Source: Zygnema circumcarinatum SAG 698-1b (lineage: Eukaryota; Plantae; Zygnematophyceae). Taken from it: a stretch of 64,000 bases of DNA. Both the position numbers and the translations under genes were made by a program. The notes under the pieces were generated by a model. It saw only the letters and a program-made list of their open reading frames with translations, had not been told where the DNA came from and did not search any database. Below, piece by piece: positions 30,347-40,910 of the stretch (positions are counted from its first letter, which is position 1; the number at the start of each line of letters is the position of its first letter). Location of the stretch: assembly GCA_037447605.1 (NCBI GenBank), contig CM074806.1, positions 4,939,672 through 5,003,671 on the forward strand, read 5' to 3'.

Positions 30347-33300
30347 ATGCAGCCATCTCCCACGGCCCCCGCCGTTGGCGGCTCGGGCTATCCATCGATC
30401 TCCATGCCACCTCCCTCGGCGCCGTGGCCTTTGCCTGAATATTCGCTCACCTCATCGTACACCGGCTACTCTCAGCCTCTCTCCACTAGCTACGAGCTGC
30501 CGCCTTCAGCCTCTGTGCCGGGCGACTATGTGCAGCCCTCTGCACCAGCAAGCTTTATGCCCTACTCTACTCCCGCTCCTGTGAATGCCAGGATGGAGAT
30601 GGCAGGAGGGATGGTGTATGGCGGTGCATACAACATGGAGCCGGGCGGCACAGACGGCACCGAGTACGGGGGTGTCGTGGCTTATCAGGGCGGCTCTGAG
30701 CCGTATGGAGCGCGCGGGACGGGCTCGGCCAGTTACTGGAGCGAGGCAGCCCCCTCTGGCGCTGCTCCCGCCCCTGCAGGTGCAGCTCCGGGGCCCAGCC
30801 CACCCCCTGCGGCAGCGGGGGCGCAGCGCTTCACTGTGAAGCTCTTGCCGGAGGGAGTCTCGTCAGAGCCGCCACGGACAGTGATCTGCCAGGTGCATTT
30901 TGGGGTCTTGGCCGCTGCTCGCCCTTTCTTGCAAGAGGCTATGAACTGGCAACTTGCTTGGGTGGGGGAGAGGTTCATGACCGCTCAATGAAAGTTTGCC
31001 CTTATGCAGATAGCTTTGGATGGCGTGCGGCTGCTGGAGCCCAGCAATGGACGGGTGCTCCGAGTGTATCCTTTGGAAACCATCATTTCGTGGGCGGTAG
31101 GTTTAGCATTCTGTTCAATCAGGGCGGCTTTTCACAATGAAGGTGGCTCTTGGTGATTCTGAGACTAGTGCAGCTGCCTGGGCGGGAATTAGTCTCTTCG
31201 GTAGGGGAAGACGTTTGTTGTTTCATGTTTTGTGGGGTCGTTTGGAGAAAGCAGGCCCTTTGTAAGTCCGTGGAGAGGGGTTGGTGTTCGGACAGGTGAA
31301 GGAGCCAACAGTGTTCACATTTTGGGCTCGCAGTGCTGTGGATGTCGAGCAGCGAGCAGTAAGGCTGCAATCGAGTGACTACACCACGGGGATTATTCTT
31401 GATGCTCTCACTGCTGCATGTGTTCAGGTATTTCTCCTTTCTTCCTTTGCTATGGTGGTGGACATTACTCGTAGTTAAAGCCCGAGGCCGTTTTCTAAAG
31501 CGACCCACCTACTGGGGGGTGTAGTTGCTTGAAATGGTAGGACAGGAAGGTTCCAAAGGAGGCAGCGGGAATGGCAGCAGCAGCAATACAGAGCCTGGAT
31601 CATCTGCACTTGAAAAAAAAAATGCAGGCCCAGCCGGGCTCATGGAGTGGGTGGCTGCTCGCGCAAAACCTCCAGTTCCCGAAGAGAAAGAGCACTGGGT
31701 AAGTCTTCTGCCAACCTGCTTATTCGGGAGCGAGGATGATGACTATGGGTGATGCTTCGAATGGAAGCCGTTTTGTCCTTTCTGGAGACAGGGCAAGGAG
31801 TGATTTGTGTGGAGGAACTGTGATTTTGGCAGGTTCCAGATGAGGCGGCGAGCAAGTGTGGAAGTTGTCATTCAGATTTCACAGCTTTTCTTCGGCGAGT
31901 GAGTTTATTCTGCTGGCTGCTGGCTTCTCGCTGCCCCTAATCCCAATAATCCCCTTATTTAATTCGTTTTGACTTTCTTTTTGCGCAGCTAGATTATTCC
32001 TATGTGATTGTGAAGAGACAGGCCTTAGCATTGTAACTGATTATGTAGAACATAATTTGTCTATCTGTGGGGCGAGATGTTGCAGCACCATTGCCGTAAT
32101 TGTGGTGGAATATATTGTGACAAATGCACACGTGGCCGCACTCCTTTAACATCAGAGCCAAATGCACCATCTGTGCGAGTTTGCGACCACTGCTTGGTAG
32201 GTTCTTATGAAAAATGAGCTCAGTTCTTCATTCGTTTCAGGCATGTTTTGATGCGTGCCCTATTGTTAATGCTCGTGTGTGTGTGCCGAAGTTTTGAGAC
32301 CTAAGTTAGGATTCGTTTTGTCCGTGGCGCAGGCGGAGGTAACCCAAAGGTTATCCAACGGCGGCGCTGAGACTGGCAGTCAGGGCGTGGCACGTTCTGC
32401 GTCACAGCGCACGCATGAAGATCTTGCAAAGAAGCTGCAGGTAGAGCGACCCTATCTGCCGGAGTTTGATGGTATCAGGCGGTGTTAGCACACACCCTGC
32501 CATATGTGTTTATTAAATTGAATTTACAGTGGTTTTTTGTTTTTAGCAGTCCCTGTCTACAAGCTAATGTTTTACATAGGTATGACCAAGAGATAAAGTA
32601 GAAGGTATGAAAATTAGAATCAGCTTCTGGTCGGCTTATTTCTTGATTGGAACATCTCGTAGTGCCTCGACGTCCTCAGCAAAGGGCAAAGAAACGTGAC
32701 TGGTAAGAGTGATTGAACAAGAAGAGGCAGAGAGGCAGGAAAGGGAGAGGCAGAAAATACTAGCATGGCATGTCTAATGCTTGTCCAGCAATAGTGGTGG
32801 ATATGGTAAAGCAGCAGGCATATCCCTGCATGGATGACAGACAGGGTGCGTGGCTAGAGATAGTTCTCAGTCTTGTTTGTTAAAGGCTGGTTAATGTAAT
32901 CCACCAGATGAGGCAGCTCCCTATGGAATTGTGAAGACTATGATCGAGGTTCGTCATATTCCTGGAGTGGAGCGTATGGAGAATGCTTGCACCTAGTATT
33001 ACAGATGAAGCAGCCGTGTCTGATCTGGCTCGTTTTTTGAATTGTTTGCTGGATTGCTCGTAGGAGGAGATGGAGCGTAACGCTGCTGCTCGACGAAATG
33101 TCGAAGTCTCTCGCACTCAGGGCTCAGATGGGCCGCCGCATGGAGCCTCGTGGATGCTCACTTGCTCGGGCTGCGGTATGGTGGCCATAGTGGCGGATGG
33201 AAGCAGCCGTTGCCCGGCATGTGGCAAAGAGAACGCGAGTCCTGGGGGAAGCGTCAAAGGAAATCCGGGCGTTCCCCAGGGGCCACCACATTTATGGTCT

Positions 33301-33607
33301 GATGTGCGACCAGTAAACGCCGATGGACGCGGTCGTACGCTGCGGGAAGTAGCATGCCCAACGTGCACTGTGCACCTGCAGGTGAGGATGACGGCTCCTT
33401 ATATTTCAGGAGGGATTGGATCTCGCTTGCTTCTTTCTAGCGCGTGATAGTGTTTTGTCGCGGGGGCTTCTGAGGGGGTGTCTGGCTGCAAAATGCGCCG
33501 TCTGATGCCACATTGGGGCCGGGGGTGGGCAGGTGGAGGTGCCCGCGGCCGGCACGGAGACGGTGGAATGTGGCGTTTGCAGACACCCTTTTCTGGTGGC
33601 GGCGTGA
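30347..33607 (+). CDS. FREE1: FREE1/FYVE1 plant ESCRT component (Pro-rich N-terminus with PTAP/PSAP, PH-like region, FYVE finger, coiled coil, C-terminal zinc ribbon), 9 exons
   Basis: Exons 30347-30892, 31010-31096, 31296-31427, 31525-31698, 31833-31898, 32086-32196, 32333-32440, 33064-33381, 33533-33607. Motifs: PTAP, PSAP x2, YPLET, HW-VPDEAASKC, RR-HHCRNCG, RVCDHC, EDLAKKLQEEMERN, EVACPTCTVHLQV, ECGVCRHPFLV. Confidence 0.93.
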
Positions 33608-34530
33608 CGCCCTCACAGTTTGGGGGGGTGGGGGGGCAGGCACGCGCGGACAGTGACACGAGGGTGTTGCGAGTCGTTAGCTGGAGCTCAACTGGAGCCC
33701 AATCCGCTTTCGCCCAAGTTCTGCCCTCACCCTGGAATGTGACATGGCATAGATTAGGAAAGCAATTCTGTTCTGGAGAACGCAACTTTACGAGGCGGGT
33801 AGCTGTTTTCTATGTTTAATCTTCATAGTGAATGTACATAGGTCATATATATTGAAAGGCTGTTGTAACTGACAAATTACCGTGCTGTCTGTATAGAGCC
33901 CTCTTCGTGAGCTTTGTTCCTTAATCTGACTGGTCTGTTGTGTTTATGCTTCGCGAGAAGTATTGTTGTTGTCTATTGTTGGGAAACTAATATTTATCCT
34001 GTTCTGCAAGAACAACCCTAGCATGCAAACTGCTGATGATGTGTTTGGCCCATAGCGGCCGTGTAATGCCATCGTTTGAGGATGAATGGGATCATTCGGG
34101 TGGACGTATGTACATGTTTTCGTATGCAACTCTTTCGTATGTTCATCTGCAGCTCTCTTTTAAATGATTCTCTGAACAATGCGCATTGCTTGAGGGAGGG
34201 CAGTGGGTGGCGGCCTTCCATGTTCTCTTGAAGCATCCAGCCCAGCTCAGCCATGAGGCACCGTTCTTACCTGCTGCGTCGGGGCTGCCACATCAGCGGC
34301 TCGCGGCCCACGAGCCATCCATCCATCCACCCATCCATTTTTGCTTGTGCTGGCTTCTTCGCAGCGCCTGCCTGCCTGCCTGCCTGCCTGCCTGCGAGTG
34401 AGTGAGTGAGGGAGCGAGGGGATGAACGATACCCCAACCGAGCGCTGCCCTATTGCTCGCTAGTCGCGCCGTATAGTCCAAGTTCGAGCTTGACCTTGTC
34501 TAGTCCTCCCTGTTGTTAAATTTGCATACC

Positions 34531-35460
34531 ATTCCTCAAGCATGGCTCGGACCACCACCATCATCATCATGGCATGATGCATTCCTCAAGCATGGCTCGG
34601 ACCACCACCATCATCATCATGGCATGATGCATTCCTCAAGCATGGCTCGGACCACCACCATCATCATCATGGCATGATGCATTCCTCAAGCATGGCTCGG
34701 ACCTCGGACCACCATCATCATCATCATGGCATGATGCATTCCTCAAGCATGGCTCGGACCACCACCATCATCATCATGGCATGATGCATTCCTCAAGCAT
34801 GGCTCGGACCACCACCATCATCATCATGGCATGATGCATTCCTCAAGCATGGCTCGGACCACCACCATCATCATCATGGCATGATGCATTCCTCAAGCAT
34901 GGCTCGGACCACCACCATCATCATCATGGCATGATGCATTCCTCAAGCATGGCTCGGACCACCACCATCATCATCATGGCATGATGCATTCCTCAAGCTG
35001 GCTCGGACCACCATCATCGTCATCATGGCATGATGCATTCCTCAAGCATGGCTCGGACCACCATCATCGTCATCATGGCATGATGCATGCCTCAAGCATG
35101 GCTCGGACCACCATCATCGTCATCATGGCATGATGCATGCCTCAAGCATGGCTCGGACCACCATCATCGTCATCATGGCATGATGCATGCCTCAAGCATG
35201 GCTCGGCATGATGCATGCCTCAAGCATGGCTCGGACCACCATCATCGTCATCATGGCATGATGCATGCCTCAAGCATGGCTCGGACCACCATCATCGTCA
35301 TCATGGCATGATGCATGCCTCAAGCATGGCTCGGACCACCATCATCGTCATCATGGCATGATGCATGCCTCAAGCATGGCTCGGACCACCATCATCGTCA
35401 TCATGGCATGATGCATGCCTCAAGCATGGCTCGGACCACCATCATCGTCATCATGGCATG
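34531..35460. repeat. 50-bp tandem array, 19 units, with two sequence variants arranged in blocks
   Basis: CTCAAG anchors at 34535, 34585, 34635, 34685, 34742, 34792, 34842, 34892, 34942, 34992, 35041, 35091, 35141, 35191, 35219, 35269, 35319, 35369, 35419. One 57-bp, one 49-bp and one 28-bp unit; no unique spacers. Confidence 0.97.
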
Positions 35461-35662
35461 ACGCTGTCATGGCCCCAACTTCCGAGCCCCCGCGGCGGCG
35501 CGGCCTCGGCCCCGGCCCCGGCCCGGCCCCTGTGTCCGAGTCCCGCACGCGGTAGGCCCGAGGTGAGGTGAGGCGAGGCGAAGGGAGCAGTGCGCATGGC
35601 CGCCCCTGCGCCGCCCTCCCGCTGAGGCGGTGCGCCAGAGCAGCCGACGCTTGCCGGCGGCC

Positions 35663-37123
35663 ATGGAGCATAGGCAGGAAGATACGGGCAGCAGCGAGCA
35701 GGCGCTTCTCTCAGGCGAGCACTTCAATGAATGCCTGAGCTTGCCTCGCTGGAGTGTCCTTCAGGGCCATTTTTCTCGCTGTTATCTTCTGGCAGCGGTT
35801 CCTTCACCTTATGCAAGCTCACATAGCTTGGGATCTTGTGAGCTTTTGCAACGTTGTCTGGAAATTGATGGATGTAACGCAACTGGAAGCCATCTCATGT
35901 TGTTCAACACCGGGATGCTGAGTGGGTACAGAGATGAGATCGAATAACGGTCTCAAAATCGGAAACCCGACAGCTGCATCCATGGGAGGAGATTCGTCGC
36001 TCCAGGGTGGTGAAACGACGCGGGAAGAGCGTTTTGACGCCTCTCAGTATGCTTTTTTTGAAGGGAGGAATGCTGTGACCTCAGAGGTGGAGCTGGGAGG
36101 ACTTGACGACGAGGATGATGGGGCTCTTGAGCCTACGGATGACGCATTTGATGCAGGAGCACTTGAGGAGCCATCGTCCGCGGTAGGCGTGCTGGAATTG
36201 TGGCTTCTGCGGCCGGCCCGTCCAGCTTTGTGTTTTTTATAATTTCTTGACAAGATAAGTATCTACCGTCAGTGGCCACATGCAGAAAGCGCTTATTTGG
36301 TCTGTCTTGCCTCGTCGTCCGTTTTGTTCAGGTGGACGTGCAGTACATTACTTCTGCTAATGAAGATCTCATACGCAGTTTTTCCAAGGTGCGTATCAGC
36401 TCAACGACCTGCAAGCAATCAAGGCATCTATGTTCTTTGCTCATAAAGCCCAGAAATGGATGAGCAAAGTCGAGCCTAGAAAGGACCATGACCCTGCTCG
36501 GTTGCGCAGATAGTTTGCGTCGTTGCCGGCGAATAGCAATTCTGTCAGTTCTCTCCGCGGCATAGGCCCGTTGTACCTCCAGTAATGTGTTGGCTTGCTA
36601 CTATGTCTGGACATGTTGTAAATGCGCATGGCGAAAGGTAATACGACGGCCATATGTTGCGCATTGTTTTTTGCAGTTGGACACTTCATGGGATGGCCCT
36701 CAACTCGGAGGAGAGGCTGACAGAAAAACAGGTGAAAAATGCCCTCTGCTCCTGAAGAGTTTGAGGAGGTTCTCAATTACACCAATGTGCTGACTGGTCC
36801 AATGTTAACTGATGCAAATTCGGGTTGATTTAATTGGGATGTGGACATGGATCATAGGGATTGGAGCACACCTCCAGCAAGATCGCCAATCTTTTCCTGT
36901 GCAGCCGAGCAGCCAATGGTGGGCCGAACAAGCAGCTAGCAATCACGGTTTCGGCGCGGAAGTAGCGATGGCTCCGCCGCTTGCACCTGAAGCGCTTAGC
37001 AGTTCATCTCAATGGTGGGATGATGGGCATCGCTCAGATCTTCTCCAACAATCAGCTCTGGCGTGGCACCTTAAGCAGCAAGAACAGCAGCTGCAGGTGC
37101 AGCAACAACAGCAACAGCAACAA

Positions 37124-37157
<34 letters not shown>

Positions 37158-37174
37158 TGCAACAGAAACAACAG

Positions 37175-37209
<35 letters not shown>

Positions 37210-37276
37210 ACAGCAAGAACAACAACAACAGCAACAACAGCAGCTGCAGCAGCTACAGCAACAGCAACAGCAACAA

Positions 37277-37314
<38 letters not shown>

Positions 37315-39227
37315 TCAGCAGCACTCAATGAACAGGCTATCAGCTGGCAGCCATCGCGTCCCGTATACTCTATCCCTTGAGGACTTAGAAGCGAGTCTGG
37401 CGCTGCAAGCCAGACGGGATCTTTCATACGGGAATGAACTGACTCCAGCGGCTCCCCAGGGTCCAGTATCCGCCCGCCTTGGCTCACTGTCAGGATATGC
37501 ATCTCACTTTCCCAGCCTTGGAGGAGTTAACTCCGGGCAACCACAGGCGGCACCCATGTTTGGAGGAGCAGGATATGCTGCATCTGCGGCGTATCTCTCA
37601 GCAGGGCTTCCAGGGCAGCAAATTCAGTGGCCGCCCTCGAGCTCTGCAGCCCTTGCCAGCCTCTCTGGTTCTGGTCTCATGCCGCAGCCCCGTGCACCAT
37701 ACCTGCCCCCGCAGTTGCTGCAGCCATTTCCACGAGGTGGAGGCCCTGCGCAGGCTGCTATGAATCCTTCATATGGGGGAACACAGCAGCCCACGTTTGA
37801 TTCTTTGGATGCCCAGCAGCAGCGCCACGATCTGCAGAGAGGAGTTCGGAGTGGCTATTCTCTGGGACTGAGCCATGGGAGACAGAGTCAGGGACCAGGA
37901 ATGCGCTCCAAGTACATGACAGCAGAGGAGGTGGAAGCAATTGTGCGAATGCAGTGGCAAGCTACTCATACTAGTGAGCCCTATTCAGACGACTATTACC
38001 ACCAGGCCGTCCAGTCTAAGCAGGCTGCGGTTGTAGGTGGCCGACGTCATTTTGCCCCTGGCAGCCTCCGTGAAGTGGGAGCACATGCTCGAACTAGCTC
38101 TGATCGCTCGCCAGCTTTTTTGCCTATCGAAGGCCTGGGTCGTGTGCCTCTTTCATCAATTCGGCGACCCCGACCTCTCCTTGAGGTGGAGCCCAATCAT
38201 GGTGTGGGCAGTGAGCGTGGTGGTGAAGGTGGTTTGCAGAGACCGCTTGAACAAGAACCCATGCTGGCTGCTCGGATAGCCATTGAGGATGGCATGTGTC
38301 TGCTTTTGGATGTGGATGACATTGATCGTCTACTTCTGGTCGCACATACACAGTCCCCTGAGTCTGTGGCTCAACTTCGTCGACGCCGCCAGCTGTTGCT
38401 TGAAGGCCTTGCAGCTTCTCTGCAGCTCAGTGATCCATTGGCTCCAGGCAGCGGGATGGCTCATCTTCACGACGCGGGAGGTCGCAGCAGTAGCGCCCGT
38501 GCATCTCCAGGTGGCCCCCGGGACGACCTTGTCTTTCTGCGTCTGGTCTCACTTCCTAAAGGCCGCAAACTTCTGGCACGCTATCTCCGGTTGCTCGTTC
38601 CCGGATCAGAGCTGCAGCGCGTGGTGGTCATGGCCGTATTTCGTCACCTCCGGTTTCTGTTTGGCGGCATTCAGAGCGACCCCGGGGCCAGCGGGGGCCT
38701 GGCCAATGCTGTGGCCATGGCGGTGGGAGGCTTGGCCCTGCCGGGGCTCACGGCCTGCCTGGCGGCGGTGGCGGTGGCCCCGGAGCAACCGCCTCTGCGC
38801 TCGCTGGGGCCCGCCAGCGATGGAGCGAGCCTGGTGCTCAGAGCCCTTTTAGACCGGGCAGCTGCAGCGCGAGGTGCTCTTGGGGTCACTCCTCAGCAGC
38901 AAGGCGCGTGGCAGGCTGCATTTGATGTATTTTTTGGGCGGCTTTCCAAGACGCTTTGCTTCGATTCTATCCTTGCATCTCTGCCCTTGCCTGCTGCAAC
39001 TGCTGCAGCCGTTAGCAAGGAGATTCCCCTGGAGCTCCTTCGTGCAGCGCTGCCTCATACCTCACAGGTAACTTTCAGTCGTTTGATTGTCCTGCTGCTG
39101 TTGTCTTGCAATTACGAAGTTGTGTAACTCGCAGGATTCCAACACTGCGATGGGAGGTGGCATGGCTGGACAGGATCAGCGCGAGCAGGTGGGAGCTCTT
39201 CTGCAGGGCCTGCTTCGCGCAGCGTAG
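35663..39227 (+). CDS. PAT1: PAT1 mRNA decapping activator with long polyglutamine insert
   Basis: FDASQYAFF...EVELGGL (35974-36182), RSKYMTAEEVEAIVRMQWQATH, DDYYHQA, GLGRVPLSSIRRPRPLLEV, EPMLAARIAIEDG, LPKGRKLLARYL, SKEIPLELLRAALPHT. Long exon about 36858-39067; last exon ends at 39227. Exon 1 (35663-35714, GC donor) and the last acceptor are less certain. Confidence 0.9.
37076..37324 (+). repeat. CAG/CAA trinucleotide tract encoding 83 residues, 72 of them Gln, in PAT1
   Basis: Read directly in frame with the 36812-39127 ORF. Confidence 0.95.
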
Positions 39228-39302
39228 CTGTAGTGTTTTACGCCTTTTGCTTTGCATCCTGCCTTGGCTGCCGCTCCGGCAGTCTGCAATCTGCTTCTCT
39301 CC

Positions 39303-40292
39303 TTATGCTGCCGCATTGCCTGAGCAAAGCAAAGAAAAAAAGCGTAGAGTAGAATAGGGCACGCCATAGGTTTTCTTGTTGGGACAGCTGTCGCGAAGCG
39401 AATAAGGCGGAGGGCCATCCAGAAGGAGCATCGCAAGCGCATCTCCTTGGCTAGAGTAGGGCACAGCATAGTAGAATGGGTGCGGGGCAAGCAGGTCTGC
39501 ATAGCGCTGCGGTTATCAGGCATTTTTTCCCCCCTTTCCCCCCTCCTCCCCCACCCTTTTCTTTTTTCCTCTTGCGGCCTATTGGGGGTGTCACCGCATA
39601 TTTAACATCCCAGCATGCAGGATCTGCGCGGTAGTAGAGCGTCATGCAGCTGTATGAGCACGCAGAAGATTCTTTCACTTCCAAAACTTTTGGCTTCTGT
39701 CGGGAGGCGATGGCATCGAAGTTGTTACACTACTCACAATTTTCTGGCAATCTCGTCTAAGGCGGCAGGACGCTGCCTTTCAGCCTCTTCCCCCTCCCCT
39801 CCCCCCCCCCTCCCCCCCGCCTTTCCTTTTCAGCGCACTTTTCCTGTAGGAGGTCTCGGCATGCTTTTGGAGGACAAGGACCAGCCCACTTGACGTCCTT
39901 CGTTGTAAACACCTGGCGACCCATGCCGTCCGGATTACGATGCAAAGCCTTCTAGCAAAAGGAGTTATTTTTTCAGTTTTGGAGGAGAAGGCAGTCGCTA
40001 GGTTGGGTCGAAATCACGTCTTGCAGGCGTATGTGCTTCTAGACACTGGGCCCCATCCCAAAGTTCGATTCATTCGCATTACAGGTGGCAGGCAGAGTTG
40101 ATGCAAGTGTTGCCAGGCGGAGCTACTGGCCAGCGTAGTTTTGAATAGTCGGCCGGCGTCATGGGGACGCAGAGGGGAGGCAGGTTAACAGCCTGCCTGA
40201 AACGCTTGTTGGGAACTGTTCTTTGTTGAAGTTGACAATTGAGTGGAGAACTGGGAACTGGGAACTGGGAACTGTTCGTCTGAACTGTCCAT
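39303..40292 (-). CDS. Candidate orphan six-exon gene, about 154 aa, no recognised domain
   Basis: Exons (minus) 40292-40204, 40125-40083, 39951-39913, 39772-39738, 39649-39595, 39506-39303 join in phase through GT-AG introns of 78, 131, 140, 88 and 88 nt. Core reads KALHRNPDGMGRQRPAALDEIARKFCMTLYYRADPACWDVKYARYADLLAPHPFYYAVPY. No homology support. Confidence 0.5.
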
Positions 40293-40553
40293 TGTTCATG
40301 AGTTTTTCAGACGAGCCTTGGTGGTTTTTGTTTTGTTCTCCTGTGTGCTGTCTTGCAAATCTTTTGAAATGGGGCCCATGGCCATGGCTCTGAGCGAGGC
40401 GCTCTGGGCAATCCATCCATCCATCCGTCGGTGCGGACGAGGGCGAGGGCAAGGGCAAGGGCGAGGGCAAGGGCAAGGGCGAGGGCGAGGCCTCGTGTGA
40501 GTGAGCGCGCGATCGAGGGCGGTCGTCGCGTCGTGCCTTCTCGACCCGCAGAC

Positions 40554-40766
40554 CACGGCATGGCATGGCATGGCATGGCATAGCCGCATGGCACGGCATG
40601 GCCGCATGGCACGGCATGGCCGCATGGCACGGCATGGCCGCATGCCACTGCATGACCGCATGGCATGGCACAGCATGGTCGCATGGCACGGCATGGCCGC
40701 ATGGCATGGCACGGCATGGCCGCATGGCATGGCATGGCATGGCATGGCATAGCCGCATGGCATGAC
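40554..40766. repeat. GCATG-based satellite: 18-bp unit CCGCATGGCACGGCATGG with (GCATG)n expansions
   Basis: Three near-perfect 18-mers from 40584, then variants. It lies between the divergent starts of the orphan gene and the aminopeptidase and generates the spurious AMPCH/MAWHG ORFs. Confidence 0.92.
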
Positions 40767-40910
40767 ATAAGCGCCAAATTGCTGACCGCAGGGCGTAGAG
40801 CTGACGTCACATCAGCGGGCGCTCGTTTGGCGGTTTGCGGCACGCACGTGTGGCGGGGCGAGACCGCACAGAGGCCGCCAGAGCGGAGCGGGGCAGTGTG
40901 TGAGGCAGCC

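Noticed and set aside
29699-30584. Long ORFs of 164-426 aa rich in Leu/Ser/Pro or Arg/Glu/Gly
   Set aside because: Stop-free frames produced by the CT minisatellite. Only the part from ATG 30347 is FREE1.
34531-35460. CRISPR array or synthetic His-tag construct
   Set aside because: Units are contiguous with no unique spacers and no cas genes. The HGSDHHHHHHG reading is one frame of a 50-bp repeat (not a multiple of 3) with regular stops, and no vector sequence flanks it.
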